From Candidatus Daviesbacteria bacterium (GTDB lineage Bacteria; Patescibacteriota; Microgenomatia; Daviesbacterales; UBA10151), in contig CP066688.1 of NCBI GenBank assembly GCA_016432425.1, forward strand, positions 20,368-84,367: 64,000 bases of DNA, in the 5' to 3' direction. Position numbers and translations under genes: made by a program. Below the pieces are notes generated by a model. The model was given only the letters and a program-made list of their open reading frames with translations, was not told where the DNA came from and made no database searches. Positions within the stretch are counted from its first letter, which is position 1, and each line of letters opens with the position of its first letter. This document shows, piece by piece, positions 25,791-35,721 of the stretch.

Positions 25791-26708
25791 CTATTTCACC
25801 CGTCGGGTGTTTAAGACAGCAAAGATGCCTGCTCCGGAAGCTGTAGTTGTTAATTTACTGCCGGAAATTTTAGTATCCAATTCCAACCACTTGTTTTCTC
25901 CCTCGTTAAAGTGATAAATTTTAGCTTCAGCCGGCGGATTTTCTGCCAATTCTAATGTGAGCGTTCCCGGTAGTAACTCTTTAGCCAAAGGTACATTTAC
26001 CGCATAAACTTTTCCCAGAACTTGTTTTTCCTCCGGCAGTTTCGGTAACCCAGTCAAGTCATTAATAATAGTGTGGCCAATTAAACTTAAATCTGCCCGG
26101 GCAGCTTTTATTTCATAATTAAAGTGCCCGTCTCCGGAAATTAAATTACCCAAAACTACATCCGGTTGCTGCAGATGCCAAGTAGTAACCATCCGGTAGG
26201 CTTTAGCGCCTTTTCTAATACGGAGTGTTAAAGTGCCATTTTCTACTCCTTTATCATATTTACAAACATTCTTACTGCAAGTTCCAAACAAAATTTCCTG
26301 TTGATATTCTCCTTTTTTCTCTGAGGTGTCAATTTTCCCCACCACTCCCCGGTCAATGGTGCCAGTGGAAACCCCCCCTTCATCTGTTGGGGGAGGAGCT
26401 TTACCACCGACTGTAGTTTCATCTACTCTGCTGGTATAAGCTAACTCATAAGTAATCTCATCATAAGAAGAAGTCCGCTTTAAATTTAGCTGCAGCGCAT
26501 TGCCATCCCGGCGAGGCAAAAGAAGGGCATAAGGACCTTCCGCGTCAAAATTTAAATCTACTTCGGTGATGTTTGCTTGGCTGGAAACCTGGTAATTTCT
26601 ATACAAAGACCAACCCCCTCCCACCAAAAGAATAAGTAAACTTAAAAGTATGATGGTAGTTTTATGAGTAATTATTAAAGCTTTAAGATTGCTGATCATA
26701 TTTTTCAC
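25791..26708 (-). CDS. hypothetical membrane-anchored secreted protein
   Basis: One N-terminal TM helix is followed by a beta-rich, Gly/Thr-rich extracytoplasmic domain. No recognizable motif. Confidence 0.55.
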   Translation of the reverse strand: MKNMISNLKALIITHKTTIILLSLLILLVGGGWSLYRNYQVSSQANITEVDLNFDAEGPYALLLPRRDGNALQLNLKRTSSYDEITYELAYTSRVDETTVGGKAPPPTDEGGVSTGTIDRGVVGKIDTSEKKGEYQQEILFGTCSKNVCKYDKGVENGTLTLRIRKGAKAYRMVTTWHLQQPDVVLGNLISGDGHFNYEIKAARADLSLIGHTIINDLTGLPKLPEEKQVLGKVYAVNVPLAKELLPGTLTLELAENPPAEAKIYHFNEGENKWLELDTKISGSKLTTTASGAGIFAVLNTRRVK

Positions 26709-26976
26709 CGGTATTAGTATCCACTAAATTTTCTGGTCTAACTTTCTTTGGCAAGGGACTTACCTGTATCGTTCCCAAAACAAAATCATAATTTTTACCA
26801 CCTGCCTTACCTGCTTCAATTAATCTTTGAGCCCTACCCTCTGCCTTAGCTAGGGCTTCTTCCGGAGTACTACCTTCTCCGAAGTGGCTCCAAGACTTTA
26901 TTCCTCTTCCCGACCCGCTTACTACTTCTGTAGCTGATATATGATATAAAACAGTTTCTGGATTTTCTTTATCCAT
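26683..26976 (-). CDS. hypothetical small protein (97 aa)
   Basis: The start is reassigned to ATG at 26976 (MDKENPE...), which overlaps the glyQS stop as ATGGATAA and suggests translational coupling. The ORF-track start at 27012 would overlap glyQS by 44 nt. The product is hydrophilic with a GSGRG motif. Confidence 0.5.
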   Translation of the reverse strand: MDKENPETVLYHISATEVVSGSGRGIKSWSHFGEGSTPEEALAKAEGRAQRLIEAGKAGGKNYDFVLGTIQVSPLPKKVRPENLVDTNTGEKYDQQS

Positions 26977-28282
26977 TGATTTTTTTCTGGAGGTACTCTG
27001 GAAGAACTTCAATCTTCACCCGATCCTGAAGAGCACTATCTCTCTCCCGGACTGTGGCTGTTTTATCTTCCAAGCTTTGAAAATCTACTGTCACACAAAA
27101 AGGTGTCCCTATTTCATCTTGTGAAGCATATCTTCCGCCAATATTACCTCTCTCATCCCAGGCTACCAGAAAAACTTCCCGGAGGTCAAGATAGATTTTT
27201 CTGGCTAAATTTATCAGTTCTGGTTTATTACCCAGTAGTGGAAAAACAGCTGCTTTATAGGGGGAGAGTTTCTTCGGCAATTTCAATTTAACTTTACCAT
27301 CTATTTCTTCATAAGAGTTAACTAATACTGCCAGGACAGAACGGTCCACTCCCCAGGTGGGTTCAATCACATGAGGCCAAAATTCCTTTTGAGTTTCCGG
27401 ATCCTTATATTTAGTATTTTGACCACTTGCTTGTTCATGGTTTTTTAAATCAAAATCCCCCCGGTAAGCCAAGCCATATAACTCTTTGATACCAAAGGGG
27501 AATTCAAACTCAAAATCAATGGTCCTTTTGGAATAATGGGCCCGCTCTTTTTCAGGAACCTCCAACTCATGCACTTTTTTAGGATCTAACTTTAAATCAT
27601 TTTTTATCCAAGAAAGCATAGCCTTTCGCCAATGCTCAAAAACCTCCTGCCACTCTTGATCACTTTGGGGAGGGGCAATAAAATATTCAATCTCCATTTG
27701 TTCAAATTCCCGGGTCCGAAAAATAAAATTACCGGGGGTAATCTCATTTCTAAAAGCTTTACCTATTTGAGCAATTCCAAAAGGAAGTTTTTTGCGGGAG
27801 GTATCCAACACATTTTTAAAATCTACAAACATCGCCTGAGCTGTCTCTGGTCTAAAGTAGGCAATATTAGAAGACTCTTCAGCCGGTCCAATAAAAGTTT
27901 TAAACATCAAATTAAAACTTTTAGGAACAGTCAAAGATTTTTTGGCGTTACAGCTAGGGCAATCTGTCCCTGCTACTTGATCTGCCTTAAATCTCTCGTG
28001 GCACTTTCTACATTCCACCAGCGGGTCAGTAAAGTTTTCCAAGTGTCCAGAAGCTTCCCAAACTTTAGGGTTCATAATTAAGGCTGCATCAATTCCCACA
28101 ATATCTTCTCTCTGGTGGACAAATTTCTTCCACCAAAGTTGTTTAATATTATTTTTAAGCTCTACCCCCAAGGGACCATAATCCCAAGAATTAGCCAACC
28201 CTCCATAAATTTCGGAGCCGGGATAAATAAATCCCCGCCTTTTGGCTAAAGAAACTATTTTTTGTAAAAAATTATTATCCAT
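26969..28282 (-). CDS. glyQS: glycyl-tRNA synthetase, class II homodimeric (GlyQS) type
   Basis: The N-terminus RRGFIYPGSEIYGGLANSWDYGPLGVELKNNI and class II motifs are present. The 437-aa length is typical of the alpha2-type GlyRS. Confidence 0.9.
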   Translation of the reverse strand: MDNNFLQKIVSLAKRRGFIYPGSEIYGGLANSWDYGPLGVELKNNIKQLWWKKFVHQREDIVGIDAALIMNPKVWEASGHLENFTDPLVECRKCHERFKADQVAGTDCPSCNAKKSLTVPKSFNLMFKTFIGPAEESSNIAYFRPETAQAMFVDFKNVLDTSRKKLPFGIAQIGKAFRNEITPGNFIFRTREFEQMEIEYFIAPPQSDQEWQEVFEHWRKAMLSWIKNDLKLDPKKVHELEVPEKERAHYSKRTIDFEFEFPFGIKELYGLAYRGDFDLKNHEQASGQNTKYKDPETQKEFWPHVIEPTWGVDRSVLAVLVNSYEEIDGKVKLKLPKKLSPYKAAVFPLLGNKPELINLARKIYLDLREVFLVAWDERGNIGGRYASQDEIGTPFCVTVDFQSLEDKTATVRERDSALQDRVKIEVLPEYLQKKING

Positions 28283-28283
28283 C

Positions 28284-28934
28284 TCACCTCTGTTTTAAAA
28301 ACTGGCGGGATTTTAACTGCCCTTCCAGGGTTCTTTCAATATAGTAACGTAAATATCTTTCTAATTCTAGAGCTTGAATCTCGGTTATCTGCATTTTTTC
28401 AATCTGATCCCAGTCAAAATTTTGTAAATCCTCTAGTATTTTCCTGATTTGTATTGACACCCCGGGGGTGGAAGTAGGGTTTGAAGGGAAAAAAGTGGCG
28501 AAGCCTAAGACTGATAGTATTTTAACCTCAAAAGCCCTGATTAAAATTTGCCGAGGATTTCGAGAAAGTTTCTCCAGTACTCTAACTAAATATTCATATA
28601 AAATTTGATTTTCTTGGCCTTCAGCGGTAATTTTATCTACTAGTTCAATCAAATGATAAGCATAAGTGGAAAGCGTTAAATCTGCTTTTAATTTGGGATA
28701 AGTGTCCAAACTCTCCGCTTCAGTCAAAATAGGCATTCCCTTACCTTGATGGAAATACATAATCGCCCGATTTAGTAGTTCTACGTTGCCGGCCCGGCGA
28801 GAGGTAATCCGGCGCACCCCTTTAGCTAAAACAGAAATTTTACCTTTTTTTTGTGAAAAAACTGTCAAAATCCGATCCGCCTCTCCAAAATTACGTCTTT
28901 TTAAAATAATTCCCTCTGTTTTAAAAGAAAACAT
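28284..28934 (-). CDS. recO: DNA repair protein RecO
   Basis: The N-terminal OB fold EGIILKRRNFGEADRILTVFSQKKGKISVLAKGVRR matches RecO. The 216-aa length is typical. Confidence 0.8.
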   Translation of the reverse strand: MFSFKTEGIILKRRNFGEADRILTVFSQKKGKISVLAKGVRRITSRRAGNVELLNRAIMYFHQGKGMPILTEAESLDTYPKLKADLTLSTYAYHLIELVDKITAEGQENQILYEYLVRVLEKLSRNPRQILIRAFEVKILSVLGFATFFPSNPTSTPGVSIQIRKILEDLQNFDWDQIEKMQITEIQALELERYLRYYIERTLEGQLKSRQFLKQR

Positions 28935-28969
28935 AGCTAGATTTTATGCTAAAAAAGGTGGGTGTGCAA

Positions 28970-30862
28970 TTAAATATCAAATTTAAATTCTTTATCTTGA
29001 TCTAGCTTAAAATTAGCTTCCTGGGAACTGTTTAATTTAATAATATAGCGGAAGTCTTTGGCTCCGGGTTGCTTCTGAATTAATAACTCATATTTATCTC
29101 CCGGTTTGTAGGGAATAATATATTCAAATTCTAGCTTGCGGGAATTTTGGGGCCTGACTGTAATAAAAGCCTCAAAAACAGTTTTGTCTAAATCTTCTAA
29201 AGTCCTGACCCCATCTTCTGAGCCTTTAGAAAAAAGAAGTTTACTACCTTTGGGTACATAAACCCTGACATAATCACGGTTGATCCCGTTTAACCAAATA
29301 TTAAATGGCTGAGGATTTTTATACTCAATAGACAATTTCTTTTTATAACCATAAGTTCCATCAGACTGTTTGCTAATTTCTTGGGTTACGGTTTGCTCCA
29401 CATACAAATTAGACTTCCCTCCGGCAAAATTGGCATCATTAATGTGCAGATAATCACCGCTGTAAGGGCGAATTTGACCTGTCCAATTTAAATTTGAAAA
29501 TGAGGTTTGGACACTACTGTCATGCATGTAAAACATGACATGTTTGTGGTTAGCCAGTCGGACAATTGTCTCCAAAAGTTGTGGAATTCTTTCACTGCTA
29601 CTTCCCAGTGATTTAGCTAAAATTTGTTGCATTAATACTCCTAAAATGGCTTTGCGGTCTTGCTCTCCCCTGGCGGCAATCTCAGAATAATTTTCCAGCT
29701 CATAGATGACATTGGGACAGTTACAACGATGGTCAACTTTGGCAGAATAAGGAGTGCCAAAAATATCAATCGGACCGGTGACCTCGATCAGCTCTTCTAC
29801 CACCTGAGAATCAATAAAAATCACCCCATCAAAAGGTAGGCCTTGCCCTAGCAGTTGGTACATTCTCTCAAATTCTTTGGCTGAAGTTGGCAGGTGCGGC
29901 GAGATATTAGAATCTCTCATACTCCAAGCAGATCTCGCCTTGCCTGAAACTTCCGGTAAATATTTGACGATAGGTTCTGGTGGGGCTAAAGGGCAAATCT
30001 TTGATTGGCAAGTAGCCAACAGCCGCTCATCCAAGCGGTAAATGTCATCGGAGATAGTGGTGGAAATTTGCCCTTTATCAATCCGCAAAAAGGCAAAAGC
30101 GGTGATAAAGCCACCAGTGGGGCGGATTTCTTTATCATTTTGGAATAACATCAGATAATTTTTGGGAGAGTTAATCCCCAGCATGGTGGGCAGCTGCTGC
30201 AGGATATCCCGGTGATTGCTAACCACCTCATCTGCTCCAACTATAAAATCTTTGCTCATTCTGACTAATTGACCAAAGGGCATCCCTCGAAATTCATTAG
30301 GATATTTATTAGTATCAATATTTTCGACACTGCGGCGAGCTTTCTTAAATTGCGGTTGGACACTATCTAGATAAGGCAAAGCTGCTTGCAACAGCTTAAC
30401 TCCTTGAGAAACTCTATCTGGACCAGATAAAGGTGCTCCAATAAAACCTAGTTCCTTTTCTTGGGGCCGCAATTTATTTAAAATAGTTTCTATAGCAGAC
30501 AGTTCTTCTACTCCGGCCCCAGTTAAACTGCGGATATCGGAATAATATCCGCCAACAAAAGGGATGGGGCTCATCCAAATTAAGAAATTCAGCGAAGTAT
30601 TCATCTTTTGTAGTGACTGTTTAGTCGCAGTTACTTCTTGTTGTAATTGTCCAAAATTTTGATTCTGATAAGCAGCAGCCACTGCTTTGGAGTGAAGTTG
30701 TAAATCCTTAACTCCATCAAAGATAATCTTGCCCGGTAAACCCGCTAAAATTACCAAAATTAAAAAAATAATGCCGATCCTAATTAAAAATCTTTTTGCC
30801 CAGGGAGAACGGTTATAATAGTTGCGTCTGTTTAGGCGATTGTTTAAATTAACTAAAGCCAT
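28970..30862 (-). CDS. large membrane-anchored extracytoplasmic protein of unknown function (possibly DUF4012-like)
   Basis: One N-terminal TM helix is followed by a 590-aa external domain. It is the first gene of the glycan locus. The family assignment is by recall only. Confidence 0.55.
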   Translation of the reverse strand: MALVNLNNRLNRRNYYNRSPWAKRFLIRIGIIFLILVILAGLPGKIIFDGVKDLQLHSKAVAAAYQNQNFGQLQQEVTATKQSLQKMNTSLNFLIWMSPIPFVGGYYSDIRSLTGAGVEELSAIETILNKLRPQEKELGFIGAPLSGPDRVSQGVKLLQAALPYLDSVQPQFKKARRSVENIDTNKYPNEFRGMPFGQLVRMSKDFIVGADEVVSNHRDILQQLPTMLGINSPKNYLMLFQNDKEIRPTGGFITAFAFLRIDKGQISTTISDDIYRLDERLLATCQSKICPLAPPEPIVKYLPEVSGKARSAWSMRDSNISPHLPTSAKEFERMYQLLGQGLPFDGVIFIDSQVVEELIEVTGPIDIFGTPYSAKVDHRCNCPNVIYELENYSEIAARGEQDRKAILGVLMQQILAKSLGSSSERIPQLLETIVRLANHKHVMFYMHDSSVQTSFSNLNWTGQIRPYSGDYLHINDANFAGGKSNLYVEQTVTQEISKQSDGTYGYKKKLSIEYKNPQPFNIWLNGINRDYVRVYVPKGSKLLFSKGSEDGVRTLEDLDKTVFEAFITVRPQNSRKLEFEYIIPYKPGDKYELLIQKQPGAKDFRYIIKLNSSQEANFKLDQDKEFKFDI

Positions 30863-31498
30863 TTAAATTGCTCCTTTACCATAGAGTACTGCCGGAATAG
30901 TTTTTAAAATTAACCACAGATCAAAAAAAATACTTCTTTTTTGTACATAATCAGCATCCATTTTGACTCTTCTGTCAAAATCAATTTCTGAACGCCCCGA
31001 AACTTGCCAAAGCCCGGTGAGTCCTGGTTTACCTGATAAAATAATTTTAACATACTCACGGGACTGCGGATATTTTAACTGTTGCTCTTCTAACTCAAAC
31101 GGGTAGTAAGCCCGGGGTCCCACCAAACTCATTTCTCCCTTCAAAATATTAAAAAATTGAGGAAACTCATCAATGGAAAAACGGCGGATAAATTTACCAA
31201 TTTTAGTCACCCTGGGGTCATCAAAAATCTTGTAATTATTTTTTTTATATTCTTCCAACAGCTTGGGATTTTTTTCTAAAATTTCATGGGCATTTTTGAC
31301 CATGGAACGGAATTTATACATTTTAAAAAGTTTCCCGCTTTGCCCTACCCGTTTGGGAGTATCCGCAAAGATTGGCCCAGATGAATCTAATTTAATAGCC
31401 AGTGAAACTAGTAAAAAAATGGGGGATAAAATAATTATCCCCACTAGCGCCCCCACCAAATCAATTATCCGCTTCAGAAAATCATATAACATGGTCAT
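30863..31498 (-). CDS. polyprenyl-phosphate sugar-1-phosphate transferase (small PglC/WbaP-C-terminal type initiating enzyme)
   Basis: The Bac_transf pattern reads IIDLVGALVGIIILSPIFLLVSLAIKLDSSGPIFADTPKRVGQSGKLFKMYKFRSM...DEFPQFFNILKGEMSLVGPRA. Confidence 0.8.
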   Translation of the reverse strand: MTMLYDFLKRIIDLVGALVGIIILSPIFLLVSLAIKLDSSGPIFADTPKRVGQSGKLFKMYKFRSMVKNAHEILEKNPKLLEEYKKNNYKIFDDPRVTKIGKFIRRFSIDEFPQFFNILKGEMSLVGPRAYYPFELEEQQLKYPQSREYVKIILSGKPGLTGLWQVSGRSEIDFDRRVKMDADYVQKRSIFFDLWLILKTIPAVLYGKGAI

Positions 31499-31511
31499 TA
31501 ATTAGTTTACA

Positions 31512-32564
31512 CTACCGGGGCAACTGTTTGCTAAAATTAAGTTTAAAATTTTCCAGGGAAAAACGCCGGGCATTTTTCTGACAATCTTGAGGATTAATCT
31601 GGATATTTTCTAATCTTTTGATAGCCTTTATTAAACTTTCTACTGACTGCTGCGGAAAAAATACTCCGGTTTTACCGCCAATTACCGTTTCCAGCGCCCC
31701 ACCACTTTGATAAGCGATAACTGGTTTACCTAAAGCCTGAGCTTCCAGCGGTGTTAGACCAAAATCTTCTTCTCCTGCTAAAATCAAAGCCCGACAGCCA
31801 GCTAAAAGTCGTACTACCAATTCATCGCTCACCTGACCCAAAAACTCTACCCTGCTGTTACCATCCACCATCTTTCTTAAGTTACTCATCTGCGGACCGT
31901 TGCCTACAATTTTTAAAGGAATTTTTAATTTCTGACAAGCTGTAATTGCCAAATCCACTCTTTTGTATTGGTTTAATCTGGCAATTACTAAAAAATAGCC
32001 TCCATTAAAAATCTCTATGCCTTCAAATCTTTTCAAATCAATATAAGGGTATAAAACTTGAGAGTCCTTATTATAAACCTGTTTAATTCTCTCTTTGGCA
32101 TTTTTTGAACCGGCTAAAAAATAATCCACCCTGGCAGAGGAAACATGATCAAAATATCTTAACCAGTTTAAAAAAGGTATTTTAAATTGACCATTAAAAT
32201 TATATAAAAATCTGGGGGGACTGTGACAATAGCAAATGTGCACGGTTTCTGGCTTAGTAATAATTGCCTTAGCAAAACGGGTAGTATGAGAAATGACTAA
32301 ATCAAAATCAGAGAAATCGAACTGTTCAAAAGCAATTGGATAAAGGGGCAGTAATGCTTTGTAGAGAAATTTCCAACCGGGAATTTTTTGTAAAAAAGAA
32401 GTAATAATTTTTTTGTTAGCAAACCTTTCTTTTAACTGATTATTCGAATAATCGAAAACTGAAGTAAAAATTGGCGCATTGGGATAAATTTGTGTCAATC
32501 CTTCCAAAACTCGCTCCGCTCCACCCCACTGCACCAGGTCATCATGAACAATTGCTACGCGCAT
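31512..32564 (-). CDS. GT4 family glycosyltransferase
   Basis: A GT-B fold with the C-terminal EX7E region EEDFGLTPLEAQALGKPVIA. Confidence 0.75.
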   Translation of the reverse strand: MRVAIVHDDLVQWGGAERVLEGLTQIYPNAPIFTSVFDYSNNQLKERFANKKIITSFLQKIPGWKFLYKALLPLYPIAFEQFDFSDFDLVISHTTRFAKAIITKPETVHICYCHSPPRFLYNFNGQFKIPFLNWLRYFDHVSSARVDYFLAGSKNAKERIKQVYNKDSQVLYPYIDLKRFEGIEIFNGGYFLVIARLNQYKRVDLAITACQKLKIPLKIVGNGPQMSNLRKMVDGNSRVEFLGQVSDELVVRLLAGCRALILAGEEDFGLTPLEAQALGKPVIAYQSGGALETVIGGKTGVFFPQQSVESLIKAIKRLENIQINPQDCQKNARRFSLENFKLNFSKQLPR

Positions 32565-33649
32565 TTTTGATATACCTCCAAAGTTTGTTTAGCTAATTTT
32601 TTCCAGGAAAAATCTTTGACTCTTTGCTGGCCTTTTTTAATTAATTCCTGTCTTAAATTTTCATCATTTAAAACCTGTTGAATTTTTTCCATCATTTCCT
32701 CTAAATTATGGGGGTCAAAATATAAAGCAGCTTCTCCCCCTACCTCCAAAAGTGAACCAGCATTAGAAGAAACTGCCGGACAGGAAGAAGCAAATGCCTC
32801 CAACAAAGGTAAGCCAAAACCTTCCTCATACGAGGGCATGATAAAACACTCTGCATTTTTATATAAAGTTACCAGCTCGCCGTCACTCACAAATCCGGTA
32901 AAAATAATATCGGGATCCTGATATTTCTTTTTTAATTTTTCCCAAAAGAAATGATCATGTCCTGATAAAACTAATTGTAAGGATGGATCATTTTGTCTCA
33001 ATTTTAAAAATACTTCAATTAATCCTTCCACATTTTTATGGGGATGAACATTACCTATATAAAAAATATACGGCGGTTTGATACTAAATTTTTCCCTATT
33101 CAAACTACCTACGGCCGTGATAAGTTTGTCGTCAACTGCTTCCGGAGTAACTATGATTTTTTTATCATCCACCTTCCATTCGTTAATTAATTGATTTTTT
33201 ACAAAATTAGAAGGCGTCAAAATTTGCCGGGATTTTACTACAGCATTTGAAAAAACTTTTTTATAGCCTATTTTTTTTAAATGATAAGTTACAGGGTCTA
33301 AAGTAGTCGCCCTGTTCATAGGATAGTGCTGATGAATCAAGTCATGAATAGTAACCACAAATTTGCCCGTATAAAAAATCGGCACATTAAAATGGGGGAA
33401 ATGAACCAGATCGGGATTTATTTTTTTTAAGATTCCAGGAAGTTTAAATTGTTCTTGCAAAGTATACCATCTAAAATTTACTTCAACTTTTTGGAAATTT
33501 TGAGTTAATTTAAATCTTAAATCCTTTTGCAACAACAAAATAAAATATTCATTAGTTTGATCTAAGGTCTGTAATTCCTGCAACAGATTCCGCAAATACC
33601 TACCAATTCCTGATTCATTTATTAATCTGGCATCAATGGCGATTCTCAT
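32555..33649 (-). CDS. GT4 family glycosyltransferase
   Basis: The EX7E region reads EGFGLPLLEAFASSCPAVSS. It contains an ACGGCCGT-motif copy at 33111-33131. Confidence 0.75.
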   Translation of the reverse strand: MRIAIDARLINESGIGRYLRNLLQELQTLDQTNEYFILLLQKDLRFKLTQNFQKVEVNFRWYTLQEQFKLPGILKKINPDLVHFPHFNVPIFYTGKFVVTIHDLIHQHYPMNRATTLDPVTYHLKKIGYKKVFSNAVVKSRQILTPSNFVKNQLINEWKVDDKKIIVTPEAVDDKLITAVGSLNREKFSIKPPYIFYIGNVHPHKNVEGLIEVFLKLRQNDPSLQLVLSGHDHFFWEKLKKKYQDPDIIFTGFVSDGELVTLYKNAECFIMPSYEEGFGLPLLEAFASSCPAVSSNAGSLLEVGGEAALYFDPHNLEEMMEKIQQVLNDENLRQELIKKGQQRVKDFSWKKLAKQTLEVYQKCA

Positions 33650-33659
33650 AAGGTTCCCC

Positions 33660-34553
33660 TCATACCGTGAGATTTCTTTTAGCTAAAGCCCACTTTAAAT
33701 TAATTCCTAAAAAGACTAGCCAATTAATAAAGAAGGGATAATTTTTCTCCAAATGTTTTTGATAAAAAATTTTCATAGTTTCATAAAAAGAATTAAAAGC
33801 TCGTAGCTGTGACTGCCTGGTGGCAGTAGAGATATTTTGGCTATGTTTTTTTAAGCCCGAAGCCACCCCTTTAAGGTGCAGCACTTTTACCTCTGGCACA
33901 TACATGATTTTAAAACCATTTTGTTTAATCCTAAAACACAAATCTAAATCTTCCCCGTATAACCAATAATCTTCATCAAATAAACCAGTTTTTTCTAAAA
34001 CAGATTTTCGAGTCAACATAAAAGCTCCGGCCAAAGCATCTATCTCGTGAGCTTTGCTCATAGGACGTTTAGTTAAATGGTATAAACTATCATCTCCTAA
34101 AAAGTAATATCTAAAAGCCGCCTCTGGAGTAGGCCAACCTCTGTGAGAGGCCCAATCTAATGTTCCATCAGCTTTTTCCACCCGACAAGTCGAAGCTCCC
34201 ACATCAGGATTTTCTTTCATAAAATTTAACATCAATTCTAATGTACCCGGCAAAACTTGGCTATCGGGATTTAAGATTAAAATATATTCATTTTTAATTT
34301 GTCTCAGAGCCAGATTATTAGCTTTACCAAAGCCTAAGTTTTGCTTTTCGAGTAAATAATTTACATGAGGATATTTTTTGCGCGCTTTTTTAATACTAGT
34401 GTCTAGCGAGGCATTATCTACCACCCAAATCTCTAGATTAACCTCATTTTTAACTTGCTCTAGTGAATCCAAACATTCCACTAAAAAATCACCGCTATTA
34501 AAATTGACAATCACTACGCTTAAATTGTTATTAATCTTTTTTAAAACTTTCAT
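33660..34553 (-). CDS. GT2 family glycosyltransferase
   Basis: VVIVNFNSGDFLVECLDSL...VVDNASLD is the GT-A N-terminus, with the DxD region YGEDLDL. Confidence 0.75.
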   Translation of the reverse strand: MKVLKKINNNLSVVIVNFNSGDFLVECLDSLEQVKNEVNLEIWVVDNASLDTSIKKARKKYPHVNYLLEKQNLGFGKANNLALRQIKNEYILILNPDSQVLPGTLELMLNFMKENPDVGASTCRVEKADGTLDWASHRGWPTPEAAFRYYFLGDDSLYHLTKRPMSKAHEIDALAGAFMLTRKSVLEKTGLFDEDYWLYGEDLDLCFRIKQNGFKIMYVPEVKVLHLKGVASGLKKHSQNISTATRQSQLRAFNSFYETMKIFYQKHLEKNYPFFINWLVFLGINLKWALAKRNLTV

Positions 34554-35721
34554 AGATGTGGCTTAAATTTTGGGCAATTTTTTCGTAAGAATATTCTTCT
34601 TCTACTAATTTGCGCGCTTTTTCCGCTATCTCCTGATATTTTTGCCGGTCATTTAATAAACCAATTGCCAGTTCCGCCAAAATTTCACTACTTTGGCCCA
34701 CCAATACTGACTGACCATTTTTGGCAGCTATTCCCTCAATGCCAATTTGGGTCGTTACCACTGGCACTTTGGCCGCCATTGCTCCCAAAATTTTTAATCT
34801 GGTACCCCCCGGGCCATACAAAGGAGCTACCAAAATACCGGCCTGCAAATAAGCAAGTCTTACTCCCTCGACATCATCAATTTCTAAATCCAGTAATTTA
34901 ATATGATCTCCTTTTAAATCATTTAATTTATCAGTATTTTGCCCCGCTATTATTAGCTGCGCTTCCGGAATCTGTTTTAAAATCCGCGGAAAAACTTCTT
35001 TAGCTAAAATATTAGCTGCTTCAATGTTTTGTAACCAGGCATAATTACCCATAAAAAGAATCTTTTGGGAAAAATGTAACGGTGGATTTTCCATTAAATC
35101 TTCACCCACTCCGTTAGGAACTACATCTACCCGCAAACCTTTGACCAAATTTTTCATAGCCTCTGCATCCCTGGTGGATACTGCCACCACCCGCGAAGCT
35201 TTTTTCCAAAAATAAGTTTCCCAAAATTTAATTTTTAAGACGTCAACCATCAGCAGCGGCTTTAAAAAAAAGAGGGGGAAATTTCGCACAAAATGATGAT
35301 AAACTTCAAATTCAATGGTTTGGTCAACTAAAATAATGGGGATTCGAGTTTTGGGAATATGAGGGCTGACATAAAAAGTTTCTGCATGAATAATATCAAA
35401 GTGGCTATTTGTTAAAATTTCCTGAATCTTTTTTTTCTCTTCTTTAGAATAATTCCTAATTACTAAAAACGGATATAAACTGGTGGCAGTCTTTAAAATA
35501 TTTGATATCGACCAAGGATGTTCTGCTCTTTTAAAAACAAAAACTTCCTGGCAATACTTTTTTAAATTATCAATATATTTTTTTTCAGATTCATATTTAA
35601 TTAAAGAACAAAGAGTAATTTGATGTTTTTGGGAAAGTTGTTTAATCAAATTATAAGAGCGGATTTGTCCTCCGCTTGAGGGCGGATAAGGTAAGTATGG
35701 TGTGAGCATTAATATTTTCAT
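34531..35721 (-). CDS. GT4 family glycosyltransferase
   Basis: A GT-B C-terminal domain (APLYGPGGTRLKILGAMAAKVPVVTT) with an N-terminal Rossmann-like half. Confidence 0.7.
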   Translation of the reverse strand: MKILMLTPYLPYPPSSGGQIRSYNLIKQLSQKHQITLCSLIKYESEKKYIDNLKKYCQEVFVFKRAEHPWSISNILKTATSLYPFLVIRNYSKEEKKKIQEILTNSHFDIIHAETFYVSPHIPKTRIPIILVDQTIEFEVYHHFVRNFPLFFLKPLLMVDVLKIKFWETYFWKKASRVVAVSTRDAEAMKNLVKGLRVDVVPNGVGEDLMENPPLHFSQKILFMGNYAWLQNIEAANILAKEVFPRILKQIPEAQLIIAGQNTDKLNDLKGDHIKLLDLEIDDVEGVRLAYLQAGILVAPLYGPGGTRLKILGAMAAKVPVVTTQIGIEGIAAKNGQSVLVGQSSEILAELAIGLLNDRQKYQEIAEKARKLVEEEYSYEKIAQNLSHIYESFKKD

